DNA from: Octopus sinensis
Lineage: Eukaryota
Direction: 5' to 3'
DNA: 64,000 bases
Assembly: GCF_006345805.1 (NCBI RefSeq)
Contig: NC_043003.1
Coordinates: 3,472,001-3,536,000 of the forward strand
The first letter of the stretch is position 1; each line of letters opens with the position of its first letter. Shown piece by piece: positions 14,318 to 28,339 of the stretch. The notes below the pieces were generated by a model. The model did not search any database. It saw only the letters and a list, made by a program, of their open reading frames with translations, and was not told where the DNA came from. The translations under genes and the position numbers were made by a program.

Positions 14318-14845
14318 CTACACACACACACACACTGATTTTTTTCTACCTCCCAGCTGAGAGTCCCGACATACTGTGTCTGCTTGCCAGCCAGTCAATA
14401 TATATGTGTAATTTATATAATAGACACACACACACACACACACACATGTAAGTATATATGATGCATGAAGGAAAACAAGAAAAGAACACAAGAGAGACAA
14501 GGTTTCACACAAAGGTGTTATAAGTTTCACTACACACACACACATACACATGCATACACACACACATGCATATACACACACACGCACACACAAACACACA
14601 CACGCACACACAAACACACACACCATACACAAACACACACACCATACACAAACACCCACACCCACACCCACACACACACATGCATACACACACACGCACA
14701 CACAAACCATACACAAACACACACACCATACACAAACACACACACCCACACAAACACACACACCATACACAAACACACCCACCCACACACACACACATGC
14801 ATGCATGCATGCATACACACAGACACACACACCATACACATGTAT
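14215..14845. repeat. Compound (CA)n microsatellite
   Basis: Direct reading. Confidence 0.9.
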
Positions 14846-16327
14846 GTATTTCTTTTCTATCTTTTAATTATTATAAATTTTCCACTGAGGAGGGACCCAG
14901 TTTCCAACAAAGATACAAGTGGATGTTAAACGATGATGATGATGATGATGATATATATAAATATATGTATATATATGGGCTTCTTTCAGTTTCCATCTAC
15001 TAAATCCACTCACAAGGCTTTGGTGGGCCCGAGGCTATAGTAGAAGACACTTGCTGAAACTACCACATAGTGGGACTGAACCCGGAACCATGTGGTCGAG
15101 AAGCAAGATTCTTACCACACAGCCACTCTTGCACATGTGATCAAATATAATTATTTAGGCTGTACATTAGCTCATTCCCGCCATCAAATAGATCGTGAGA
15201 CTTACCCTCATCCGATCGTGGCCGTGCCAGCCTTGCCTGACCTCCGTGCCGGTGGCACATAAAAAACACCATCCGAGCGTGGCCGTTCGCCAGCCTCGTC
15301 TGGCACCTGTGTCGGTGGCACAAAAAAACACCATCCGAGTGTGGCCGTTCGCCAGCCTCGTCTGGCACCTGTGTCGGTGGCACATAAAAAGCACCCACTA
15401 CACTCAGGGAGTGGTTGGCGTTAGGAAGGGCATCCAGCTGTAGAAACACTGCCAGATCTGACTGGCCTTGTGCAGCCTTCTGGCTTCCCAGACCCCAGTT
15501 GAACCGTCCAACCCATGCTAGCATGGAAAGCGGACGTTAAATGATGATGATGACGATGATGATGATAGACAATGTTAACAATACAGCTCAAACTGAAAAA
15601 GCAGCACAACATTAAAAGGACAAAAATGATAAAGAACGATTTTAAGATATAAATCAGGAATTTATACAATTATAACATGAGGTTTAATGAAAGCTGGTTC
15701 GAGATTTCTTCTGAGGAAAAACTAATGTCAATCTAGAGCAAGGCATGTGAGTGGATTTGGTAGATGGAAACTGAAAGAAGCCCATCATATATAAGTTCAG
15801 CAAAATTTAGATTCAGATGAAATAAGTATAAGAATGTGCATTGTCCGCTTAATTGAAAAATTCTATATGTGGCTGAAGATTGCTCGACATTTTAAAACTG
15901 ATGTAATACTTACCGTGTTTAATAAAATGAAGTAGCATGAAACAATTGTACTACTCTACCTTGGATATCCTTGTTGCTTATTTTGATATATATATATCAT
16001 TATCATCATCATCATATTGGCATGGGTTGGACGGTTCAACTGACGACTGGCAAACCAGGAGGCTGCACCAGGTTCCACTTACGTATGTTTCGATGGTTTC
16101 AAATTTTTGGCACAAGGCCAGTAATTTGGGGGGAGGAAGTGAGTCAATTAGATCAACCCAAGTATGCAACTGGTATTTATTTCATTGATGCCGTAAAGAT
16201 AAAAGGCAAGGTCGACCTTGGCAGAATTTGAACTCAGAATGTGAAGACAGATGAAATACTGCAAAGCATTTCAACCAGTGTGTTAACAATTCTGCCAGCT
16301 CACCACCTTAATATTAATAATAATAAT

Positions 16328-16371
<44 letters not shown>

Positions 16372-16564
16372 GTTTCAAATTTGCCACAAGGGCAGCAATT
16401 TTGGAGGGAGGGGAAGAGTGCTCTACTGGCACTTATTTTACTGACCCTGAAAGGATGAAAGGCAAAGTTGACCTCAGAGGAATTTGAACTCAGAACATAA
16501 AGACAGATGAAATGCCACTTCGCATTTTGCCCGGCATGCTAATGATGCTGGCAGCTTTCTGTCT

Positions 16565-16601
16565 TGATGATGATGATTATGATGATAACAATAATGATAA
16601 C

Positions 16602-16637
<36 letters not shown>

Positions 16638-16731
16638 CCTTTCTACTCTAGGCACAATAATAATAATAATAATAATAAAATAATATAATAATAATAATAA
16701 TAATAATAATATGATGATGATAATAATAATG

Positions 16732-16810
<79 letters not shown>

Positions 16811-16827
16811 TGATGATAATAATAATG

Positions 16828-16882
<55 letters not shown>

Positions 16883-16950
16883 TGATGATAATAATAATGA
16901 TAATAATAATAATAATAATAACAATAATAATAATAATAATAATAATAATG

Positions 16951-16996
<46 letters not shown>

Positions 16997-16997
16997 C
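16565..16997. repeat. (AAT)n/(GAT)n microsatellite between minus-strand SINE copies
   Basis: Direct reading; flanked by SINE family B copies at 16370-16560 and 16997-17210. Confidence 0.95.
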
Positions 16998-18112
16998 CTT
17001 TCCACTATAAGCACAAGGCCTGGAATTTGTGGGGAGGAGGACAGTCAATTACATTGGGTCCAGCATGCAACTGGTACTTAATTTATTGACCCTGAAAGGA
17101 TGAAAGGTAAAGTCGACCTCAGCAGAATTTGAACTCAGAATGTAAAGCTGGATGAAATGCTGTGAAGCAGCTTTTCCTAGCTCGTTAATGATCTCTTCCA
17201 GCTCACCACCTTTGTGTATGTAATTAAGAAGAGCAGAAAGCCTTGCGTTGGGTTCTGTATTGAGTATGAAGGAACACGGAAGGGAGGACTTCATAATGAT
17301 ATGTAATTAATATCAGAAAAGAAGGTGGAGAGGTGTTGAGGAGGGGAAGGTCACAAACTGGAACTTTACTGCATGACAAATAAATAAAAGCAGTTATCAG
17401 CAGAGGCAGTGGGAGGGGTAGGATTGGTAGAGTTACCTTGGAGACACAATTATTATTTGCTGTCGTTACTGTGAAAGTAATTAAGAACAGGTATCCTATG
17501 AGCTGGTGACATAGAAATGCTGGGAGTTTTTATTTACTTCTGTTACTTATTTCAGTGATTCGAGTGTGACCATGCTGGAGCACCGCTTTGAAGGGTTTCA
17601 TTCAATCTAATTTGACACCCCCCACCCGATACTTATTTTTTAAAAATCTAGTAATTATTCTACCAATTCTCTTTCGCTGAACCAAAGCTATGAGGACATA
17701 AACAAACCAGCACCAGTTGTCTATTGGTGGTGGGACAAACACAAATGTGAAGACACATTATATATATATAAGTATATATAAGTGTGTGTACAGAGCATAG
17801 GCTCGAAACGTAAAAGACTTTCTCACCTTCCTGAGCGTTAAACTAATACACCTGTTTGGTGAGAATTCACAAAAAAACAAAAGAGGACTACAGGTGGTAT
17901 AGACAACAAACAGATGTATTAGTTTAATGCTCAGGAAGTGGAAATGTCTTTAACATTTCGAGCCTATGCTCTTCCACAGAAAGAAACAAGAAGAGAAAAT
18001 AAAGAATGTCCAGTGGTTAGCGATCTATCATGGCAAATGCTGGACAGAGGAGTCACACCTGTTTGTTGTTTACATACCTGTCTTTGTCTTTTGTTTTTTT
18101 GTAAATTCCAAC

Positions 18113-18223
<111 letters not shown>

Positions 18224-18226
18224 TAT

Positions 18227-18530
18227 GTGGAGGCGCAATGGCCCAGTGGTTAGGGCAGTGAACTCGCGGTCGGAGGATCGCGGTTTCGATTCCCAGACCG
18301 GGCATTGTCAGTGTTTATTGAGCGAAAACACCTAAAGCTCCACGAGGCTCCGGCAGGGAGTGGTGGCGAACCCTGCTGTACTCTTTCGCCTCAACTTTCT
18401 CTCACTCTTTCTTCTGTTGGTCTGCTTGCTTAGCCAGCGGGGTGGCGTCATTTGAAGGCTAAGGCAATGCGAAGCGCATTGTGACCAGCGATGAATAACA
18501 ACATCTGATAGCCTGGTCAGTCATGGTGGT
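18227..18530 (+). mobile_element. tRNA-derived SINE, family C (related heads at about 44570-44846 - and 61200-61492 -)
   Basis: A-box-like tggcccagtggttag and B-box-like ggtttcgattccc, followed by a non-tRNA body; inserted after (TA)n. Confidence 0.75.
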
Positions 18531-18537
18531 GGTGGTG

Positions 18538-18583
<46 letters not shown>

Positions 18584-19120
18584 GATATATATATATATAT
18601 ACACACACAAAACCAAAATCATAGCTGTGGCCAGTGACCCCTGACTGGCTCCCGTTCTGGTAGCATGTAAAAAACACCATCCAAATGTGACTGATGCCAG
18701 TACCCCCCAACACGCTCCTATGCCAGTGGCATGTAAAGAGCACCCACTACATTCTTGGAGTGGTTGGTATTAGGAAAGGCATCCAGCTGTAGAAACCTTG
18801 CCACATCAGAGTGGAACTTGGTGCAGCCTACTGGTTTGCCAGTCTGCAGTCAAACCATCCAACCCATACCAGCGTGGAAAACAGACGTTAAAGTGGTGAT
18901 GATGATGATGATAATGATATGTGTATATAAGTGTCTCTCTTTCTCTCTCTCCCTACACACACACACACACACACAATCAATAATATGTACAAAGAAAATC
19001 TCATCTTTATTTTAGATGATATCTTAGTAATCCAACAATTGTTCCAACTGCATCTACACACATATGTAGAATTGAAATTTTTTCAGATGTTCTTTTAAAA
19101 TTTCACCCACATGGATTATT

Positions 19121-19528
19121 TTTACTCTTTTACTTGTTTCAGTCATTTGACTGTGGCCATGCTGGAGCACCGCCTTTAGTCGAGCAAATCAACCCCAGGA
19201 CTTATTCTTTGTAAGCCTTGTACTTATTCTATCACTCTCTTTGGCTGAACCGCCAAGTTACGGGAACATAGACACACCACCATCAGTTGTCAAGCAATGT
19301 TGGGGGGACAAACACAGACACACAAACATATACACACACACACATATATATATATACATATATACGACGGGCTTCTTTCAGTTTCTGTCTACCAAGTCCA
19401 CTCACAAGGCTTTGGTTGGCCCGAGGCTATAGTAGAAGACACTTGCCCAAGGTGCCATGCAGTGGGACTGAACTCGGAACCATGTGGTTGATAAGCAAGC
19501 TACTTACCACACAGCCACTCCTGTGCCT
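19121..19528 (-). mobile_element. tRNA-derived SINE, family A, full length
   Basis: Head aggcacaggagtggctgtgtggtaag..., central (TA/TG)n, tail ...tgactgaaacaagtaaaagagt. Near-identical to the copies at 22980, 42616 and 62912. Confidence 0.85.
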
Positions 19529-19599
19529 GATAACACTGTGTTGACATAAACTTTTGTACATATTAATTTTAATAATATTATGTATATATATCTTTGTGT

Positions 19600-20285
19600 A
19601 TATGAATCCACACGACAGAGTGTAAGCACCCTGAGAGAAATGTTGGACATAAGAAGCATTGGATGTGGCGTGCAAGAGAGACGTTTGTGTTGGTTTGGTC
19701 AGGTACAACGGATGGATGAAGAGAGCTGTGTGAAGAAGTGCCAGGGTAGAGGCAGACCCAGGAAGACATGGGATGAGGTGGTCAAGCATGACCTTCAAAT
19801 GTTAGGTCTCACAGAGGCAATGATGAAAGACCAAGATCTCTGCAGATATGCTGCGACTGAGAAGACCCAGCAAATAAAGTGAGATCACAGCTGTAACCTA
19901 CACCTGTGTTGCATAACCAACCAACTCAAAAAGTACCTTGGATCGTAGGGTGACTTGCTGTGCTTGAGGGGACCTATTGAGTCAAGCACATCAACATCAA
20001 CATCAAAATCAAATGGAAATTGTAGTTGTGGTCCCCGTACTGGTGGCATGTAAAAAGCACCATTCGATCATGGTCGATGCCAGCCCCTTATGGCCCCTGT
20101 GCCGGTGGTACGTAAAAAAAGCACACACGACACTCTTGGAGTGGTTGACGTTAGGAAGAGCATCCAGTTGTAGAAACACTGCCAGATCAGACTGGAGCCT
20201 GGTGCAGCCTCCTGGCTTCTTGGACCCCAGTTGAACCGTCCAACCCATGCCAGCATGGAAAATGGACATTAAATGATGATGATGC
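19600..20285 (+). mobile_element. RTE-clade LINE 3' end with long modular 3' UTR and (GAT)n tail
   Basis: ORF end ...QERRLCWFGQVQRM...GRGRPRKTWDEVVKHDL... is followed by the element that recurs more than 20 times in the window (gtgccggtggcacgtaaaaagcacc modules, ttaggaagggcatccagc, then (gat)n). Confidence 0.85.
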
Positions 20286-20840
20286 TGTGTACATATATTA
20301 TCAGCATCGCCTTACTGGCACTCGAGCCCCTTGCTAGTAGGGTATTAAGAGCACCATCCGAGCGTGATCGTTGCCAGAGCGGCTATCTAGCCTCCGTGCC
20401 AGTGGCACGTAAAAGACACCATTCAAGCGTGATCGTTACTAGCATCGCCTTACTGGCACCTGTGCCGGTGGCATGTGTAAAAGACTCGAGCAAGCTCGTG
20501 GCTAGTACTGCCTGACTGGCCCCATGCCGGTGGCACGTAAAAAGCACCCACTACACTCATGGAGTGGTTGGCATTAGGAAGGGCATCCAGCTGTAGAAAC
20601 TCTGCCAGATCAAGATTGGAGCCTGGTGCAGCCATCTGGTTCGCCAGCCCTCAGTCATTCGTCCAACCCATGCTAGCATGGAAAGCAGACGTTAAACGAT
20701 GATGACGATGATGATGTATTTGCTAATGCAATTGAAATGATTGTTGGGTTTTTAAGGTGTCATCTAAAATAAAGATAGGATTTTCTTTATACATATTACT
20801 GATTATTGTAAATGCTCTGAATTTTATAAAATTCTGCATA

Positions 20841-21042
20841 AGGCACAGGTGTAGCTGTGTGGTAAGTAGCTTGTTTACCAACCACATGGTTCCAGGTTCA
20901 GTCCTACTCCATGGCACCTTGGGCAAGTGTCTTCTACTATAGCCTCAGGCTGACCAAAGCCTTGTGAGTGGATTTGGTAGTCGGAAATTGAAAGCCCGTC
21001 GTGTGTATATATATATATTATATATATATATATATATATATG

Positions 21043-21119
<77 letters not shown>

Positions 21120-21150
21120 ATATAATATATATATGTATGTATGATATATA

Positions 21151-21241
<91 letters not shown>

Positions 21242-21249
21242 TGTGTATG

Positions 21250-21292
<43 letters not shown>

Positions 21293-21507
21293 ATATGTTT
21301 GTGTGTCTGTGTTTGTCCCCCCAACATCGCTTGACAACCGATGCTGGTATGTTTATGTCCCCATAACTTAGTGGTTTGGCAAAAGAGACCAATAGAATAA
21401 GTACTAGGCTTACAAAGAATAAGTCCTGGAGTTGATTTGCTTGACTAAAGGCAGTGCTCCAGCATGGCCACAGTCAAATGACTGAAACAAGTAAAAGAAT
21501 AAAAAGT
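20841..21507 (+). mobile_element. SINE family A with expanded central (TA)n
   Basis: Same head and tail as other family A copies, with about 300 bp of central microsatellite. Confidence 0.85.
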
Positions 21508-22585
21508 CTTGTTGGATTTACCTGTCCCTGTCATACCTGAAGATTTACCTGGGATTTGAATTCTACATATGTGTGTGTGTGTGGTGGGTTTGTGGGTGTG
21601 TATGTATGACCTGTAAATGTCTCGTTTCTGTCCCTCTTATGATCTATCAATGTCTTTCATTACTCTACTCTTTATTCTTTCACTTGTTTCAGTCATTTGA
21701 CTGTGGTCATGCTGGAGCACTACCTTTAGTTGAACAAATCGACCCCCAGGACTTATTCTTAGTAAGCCCAGTACCTATTCTACTGGTCTGTTTTACTGAA
21801 CCTCTCAGTTACGGGGAAGTAAACACACCAACATCGGTTGTCATGTGATGGTGTGGGGACAAATGGACACACAAACATACACACACACACACACATATAC
21901 ATATACATGACAGGCTTCTTTCAGTTTCCGTCTACTAAATCCACTCACAAGGCTTTGGTTAGCCCCAAGGCTATAGTACAAGACACTTGCCCAAGGTGCC
22001 AAGCAGTGGGACTGAACCCAGAACCATGTGGTTGGGAAGCAGGCTTCTTACCACACAGCCATGTCTGTTCCTCTATTGCGTATTTCAAGAATCTTCCTCT
22101 GTAAAAAGGTTGGCAAGTGGGGTTGAGACAATTGTTTCAACACATTTTTACACCTGTAGTACATTGGTGAGATGATATAATCAGCATATTGCTTAATGAC
22201 TACCATCCATCGAAGGTGAAAATGTGTTTCTTCAGGTGAGTATTTTGAACAAGTCCTTCATTTGATCCGACTATCATTTCACTCTATATGAGAGTGCTAG
22301 TAGGGTGCCAAGAGCACCCTCCGAGTGTGATCGTTGCCAGAGTAGCTAACTGGCTTCCATGCCGGTGGCACGTAAAAAGCACCATTTGAGCATGGCCGTT
22401 ACCAGTACCGCCTGACTGGCCCTCATGCCACTGGCACATAAAAGCACCCACTACACTCTCGGAGTGGTTGGCGTTAGGAATGGTATCCAGCTGTAGAAAC
22501 ACTGCCAGATCAGATTGGAGCCTGGTTTACCAGTTCTCAGTCAAAATCGTCCAACCCATGCTAGCATGGAAAGTGGACGTTAAAC

Positions 22586-22624
<39 letters not shown>

Positions 22625-22979
22625 AATGAATATACAAAATGGTGTATTATTTTTAGCAATTCTCAGACAAAACTAAATCCATAGATAAAATGACAGCCAT
22701 TCTCTTCAGCAATGCCATTTGCAGTCATTACCACAAGGCATGGGTGAGTACCCCACTTGTTCTGGGATATGTGGCCCGTCACCCTCTTTCCCTCCTTCTT
22801 CCACTGCTTGCTCCCCACTTTTTTCTTTTTTTTTTTCCTGTCTCATCTGTCTTTTTTTCTGTTTCCTTGAATCTGGGTGACTCTTTCAAATTTCACACAT
22901 TGAATAAACACATTTTCATTTCTGACCAAAACTATAAATCGAAATAAGAAATAAAGAAACAAACATAAATACATAAACA

Positions 22980-23396
22980 GACGCAGGAGTGGCTGTGTGG
23001 TAAGTAGCTTGCTAACCAACCACATGGTTCCGGGTTCAGTCCCACTGCGTGGCATCTTGGGCAAGTGTCTTCTGCTATAGCCCCGGGCCGACCAATGCCT
23101 TGTGAGTGGATTTGGTAGACGGAAACTGAAAGAAGCCTGTCGTATATATGTATATATATATAAGTGTGTGTGTATATGTTTGTGTGTCTGTGTTTGTCTC
23201 CCTAGCATTGCTTGACAACCGATGCTGGTGTGTTTACGTCCCCGTCACTTAGTGGTTCGGCAAAAGAGACTGAAGGAATAAGTACTGGGCTTACAAAGAA
23301 TAAGTTCCGGGGTCGATTTGCTCGACTAAATGCGGTGCTCCAGCATGGCCGCAGTCAAATGACTGAAACAAGTAAAAGAGTAAAGAGTAAAGAGAG
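22980..23396 (+). mobile_element. SINE family A, full length
   Basis: A box tggctgtgtggtaag, B box gggttcagtcc, tail (gtaaaga)n. Confidence 0.88.
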
Positions 23397-23928
23397 AGAC
23401 CCCCCTTATCCAAATTCTAGAAATCTGGAATTTCCAGAAATCCAGAAATACTATTGTAACACTGTGCAATTTGCTGTGACCTGTACTGAGTTCCCTAGAC
23501 CCAGTTTTTGAAGTTGGTTAATCTGCATACAATCTATTAAAAATAGTTTTGTTCACTGCTTTTTTTTTTCTCGGTGGATTGATAATGATTAAAAACACAG
23601 CATCAAAATTGCAGTAAATTGTTCTTATATCTGTTAAATAAAATCATGTTCTTTACTTTTCTTTGTTTAATCTCCTTCCTGTAAACATTATACTAAATTC
23701 GTGGTACAGTAGAATATATTTAAAAAATTTTAAGTGGATTAATAGACATGAAACATACCCTGCCATAGAAATGTATTAATATAAATCTGTCAAATACAAT
23801 TTATTTTCCGTAGTTTATCTTATATTATAAGTGTATAGTTAGGTTTTCTCCAGGAAACCGGAAAATCTTGAAATCTGAGCCACTTCTGGTTCCAAGTATA
23901 CTGGATATTTGGTCTGGTACTGTATATG

Positions 23929-23962
<34 letters not shown>

Positions 23963-23972
23963 CACACATGCG

Positions 23973-24008
<36 letters not shown>

Positions 24009-24858
24009 GGTGCCTAACAATACATACATATACAGGATATATTTAAAAAATTTTAAGTGGATTAACAAATAACGAACAGAACTTGATTTAGAAATGTATT
24101 AATTTAATCTGTCAAATACAATTTATTGTATTCAACAGATTTAGTTGTAGGTGTGGCTACGTGGTTAAGAAGCTTGTTGTGGAATCTATTGGTTAGGAGT
24201 TCAATCTCACTGCATGTATGTTGTCAGCTGGTGTCCTCAAATATAATTATGGGTTAACCAGTCCAGTACAGTATAGTGTGAGTGTAATTTAAGAAGAAGC
24301 ACTTGTATACATTTGTGTATGTGAATGTGTGTGTGTGTGTGTACTGTCATATGTGCGTATGCATATATTTAGTAAAGTCTACTTACCAAGGCGATGTGGC
24401 AGTCTTATGCAGACCAGTGTTGCTTCTTTTTAGTCCCAGGAAAATATCTTTTCCAGCTGGCTACCAACACATGGTCTGTGTCTGTATACTATGAGCAAGG
24501 GAGTCTACCGCCCCCTTTCTAGCCATAGCTATATAGATAGATAGATAGATAGACAGGTAAAAAGTAAAAGTGAAAACAATATGGAAGCCTGTTTAAAGAT
24601 TCTTTATGCTTTTTTTTCTTTAATTGGTGAGGAAAAGTATTTTTATATCTGTTACATTAAGTGACTTTTATAAAGTATTTCCGGTTTCACAGTGTATGTC
24701 CATCTTATCAAATATCAAAAACTCAAAGGAAATAAGAAAAATTTAGTAAATTAGAAAAAATTGGAAATTAAAACTCATGCCTGGAAACCTCATGGCATAC
24801 TCATATTGTTGAAAAAAAAAATCGATGACAGGTCCCCTAGAAGGGATCCTTATATATA

Positions 24859-25554
24859 TCTGGTATATTTCCTTTTAACAGCCAAGAGAAATAACAGATT
24901 CACCTAGATTTTAACAGCCAAGGGAAATAACCCATTCATTTTCCTAAATCATTTGGTATAAATCAAATTGAGTATGCTTATTTCTTAGTATTTGAACTAT
25001 TTGCGTTATTTTTGCAATTTATCCAGTACAACGCTTAAACAAATAAATAGTATTTTCCTAAACAATAGATCCACTTATTTCGGTTAGTGACTTATTCACG
25101 AATATACCAACACTAGCGTCGCTGAGGGTAATATTCTCTGGGAATGCACAAAAGCCCTTTTCAGAGTTATTTACTTTGAATTGTTATTATCTCATATCTG
25201 ATTAGCCTGTTATTACATAACATGATTCATGACTTTAGTATAATAGTATTTCCTCCTATGTTCTATATACTCTGGGAACGTATTAAAGCCCTTTTCGGGG
25301 CTACTTTATTTGAATTCTTACTATCAGGTAACTAATTTCATGTTATTACATAACTGACATCACAATTTGGGTATTCATAACTTATTGGGAATTCCTAAAA
25401 ACAAGATCCTGTGTAAGACAGTTCGGTATTCTCTGTAAATGCACAAAAACCGTTTTAAGGCCTACATACTTTGTATTGTTGTTATTGGATTAGCGAAACA
25501 ATTATGAGAATGGAACCCAGGGATAAGCCCTGCCTTCCCAGGTATGTCAGCTAG
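24859..25554 (+). mobile_element. Non-autonomous Helitron-like element
   Basis: Begins TC after an A and ends CTAG before a T (25551-25554). A hairpin caggg-ataag-ccctg sits at 25518-25532. Three diverged internal repeats start at about 25132, 25267 and 25428. Confidence 0.6.
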
Positions 25555-26532
25555 TGTATATATATGTATATGTGTGCACCTGTTCATGAATTTGTATTCT
25601 ATGATTTTCTAATTAATTCTTATTGGCAAATTGTTGTTTTAATTTCTTGATTTCTGCAATAATGACATAACAAGGAAGGGAATAAATAAGTGCTACTAAT
25701 AGTGATAGAGGCGGTAATAAATAGAACAGTAAAATGTAATTTAATCAAATATGCATGTGTTAGTGAAGTCAATATTTTGCGATAAATGCAGCCACTTTAT
25801 TTACTGTTGCTCAGATGATTTGTTGCTCCACTGACCAAAAGGAATTATTTAAAATTTTGGTTGATAATTCCCAGCACATACATCTACATGTTCACTGGGA
25901 GATATTTGTCTGTAACTAGGAAATTGAACTTGCTCTCTATCCAATGTTATTCATTTTCTTAAGGTTATTCCAGTGTGTCTAATGTAATTCTCTCCATATC
26001 CTGAACAAGATATTACACACACCTTCTTTAGAGCATGTGTACAGAACATTTTCCTTTATGGAGTCAAAAACTGGAATATGAAGAAGGAACTTGTTGTTTT
26101 AATTTCTTAATTTGGTGAGTGTGTATACCAAGCTGCTCAAAACCAAACATGGCCTAAATAGATTTATGGGCACATTTCACTTTTCTCTGATATTGTTACT
26201 CAACAGAGAGTAGACTTTGCTGCCCATCATCATCATGCTGAACAATAAACCATATCCAAAGTTATATTTTGGAGACTTCTGCACCAAAACAGAGGTCGAA
26301 GGGAACTCATTTACAATAATGTTATTGGCAGAGACACACAACAACAGAAAAAAACAGAACTTCTAGATCTAATAAAAGACAAAATTTGTTGGCATGGCAG
26401 GATGAAATGCATTTTGATTGTATCCACATGGTATAAATACATACATACATATGTACATATATGCATACATACACACATACATATATACTTACATACATAC
26501 AAACATACATATAAACGTACATACATACATAC

Positions 26533-27030
26533 AAGAGAAACTGTGCACAGTTGTGGAAATTAGCTGATCAGTAGATGTTAACATAAAGCTGAGGCTCAGT
26601 GAAAAAGAGAACACCTGTGCTGAACTATTGAGAAATCTGCAGTTACTCTATCCAGATTACAAGTTCAGGTTTATACCTGTAATTATTGGGGCCCTGGGAT
26701 ATGTAACACAATGCCTAAATACCTATCTTGAGAAATTAGGCTTCTCAAAACCAGAAAGGAGAAAGCTAATTGGAAGACTACAGATCCAATCCATCACTGG
26801 AACTGTAAAAATCTGTAAAACTTTCCAGGAGTTATATATGAGCATGTCTACATATGCAACTATATGCATGAGAATACATACATTAAACAAAACATACAAA
26901 TCTGCATGTATACATACATACCCTGTTGTTGACGTTGACATTCCAATGAAGGAGCCTTGGATCTAGGTTAGAAACCGGCTCTTTCTCTATTGGTAAGAAA
27001 TCTTGAACTAAAACTGAACAATGACATACA
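26533..27030 (+). mobile_element. R4/Dong-like (RLE) non-LTR retrotransposon 3' fragment
   Basis: KEKLCTVVEIS...ELLRNLQLLYPDYKFRFIPVIIGALG...LQIQSITGTVKICKTF resembles an RLE C-terminus; flanked by (CATA)n on both sides. Confidence 0.7.
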
Positions 27031-27045
27031 TACATACTCTTTTGC

Positions 27046-27131
27046 TTCCGACATATGTTTTGAAGACAACATTGGTATTATTCAAGAAGGAATAAAATGG
27101 TGTAAAGCAATGCAATCTTCTCATCAGGGAA
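27046..27131 (-). ncRNA. Degenerate type I hammerhead ribozyme (left arm of inverted repeat)
   Basis: ttcc-CTGATGA-gaag...cttc-AAAA(for GAAA)-catatg-TC-ggaa. Confidence 0.65.
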
Positions 27132-27519
27132 AGAAAGAAATGAAATTCATCAATAAGACATTTTAACAGAATGTGATGACTGCATATAATCATTTTTGGC
27201 AGAAACATACCTTCAGTACCTATAAGTGATTTCTACCATTCTATATAATTCAACCCAAGACTGTCTTCTTACATTTTACTTACAAAAAATTTATCTACTT
27301 CCAAGACTTTAAGCTTTATTCCTATTCACCTATTGCTCTATATCTCTCCACTATTAGTTTTCAGCTAATTTCCTTCTTTCTCCTCCTTCTCTTTCTATAA
27401 ACTACCTTTGACATTATATCTACTAACGGTTTTTAAAAAAAAACAACTTGCTAGCATCCCCTTCATCACAGTCGTCACATTCTATTAAAATGTCTTATTG
27501 ATATGTCTGGTTTCTTTCT

Positions 27520-27605
27520 TTCCCTGATGAGAAGATTGCATTGTTTTACACCATTTTATTCTTTCTGGAATAATACCAATGTTGTCTTTGAAACATATGT
27601 TGGAA
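27520..27605 (+). ncRNA. Type I hammerhead ribozyme-like motif (right arm of inverted repeat)
   Basis: ttcc-CTGATGA-gaagattgcattg...caatgttgtcttt-GAAA-catatg-TT-ggaa. Confidence 0.7.
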
Positions 27606-27638
27606 GTAAAAGAATTTGAATAACACCTGCATTTAACT

Positions 27639-27685
<47 letters not shown>

Positions 27686-28052
27686 TTTCTGTGTGAGTTA
27701 GAGGTTGAGAAACCAACCAAGGGATAGTACCTATCCAATATACTGCTGGTAGTAGTGTACCCAGTTATTCATATCCAAGTGCTAGTCATTGCGTGGCAAT
27801 CTCACAGTTCGGTATTATATATGGGCAGGGGTAAAAAAGTGGTTTACCCTTAATTTATGCGCCAAATAAGAAAACGGAGGGGATATAAAATTGACAGACA
27901 TCAGCCGGTAAACATTCAGGTATGTCTATTTATTCAGTGGTATTGGATGAATACGCACACGTGCATGAGTAGACATGCTTGAATGCTTACTGGCTGGTCT
28001 CTGTCGATCTAATATACTCTCCATTTTCTTACTTGCCGTATGTCGTGTGTAT

Positions 28053-28120
<68 letters not shown>

Positions 28121-28339
28121 GTATATATACATATGCCGGTGGCACATGAAACACAACATTTGAGTGTGATTGTTGCCAGTGCTGCCGGACTGGTTCCAGT
28201 GCAGGTGGCACATAAAAAACACCTTTTGAGCACGGTCGTTACTAGAACCGCCTGACTGGCTCTCATGCTGGTGGCAAGTAAAAGCACCCACTACATTCTC
28301 AAGATGATGATGATGATATATATATATATATATATATTA

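Noticed and set aside
18227-18302. tRNA-like sequence (also at 22980, 42616, 44846, 61492 and 62912)
   Set aside because: These are SINE heads with A and B boxes but no closed acceptor stem, and they continue into repeat bodies.
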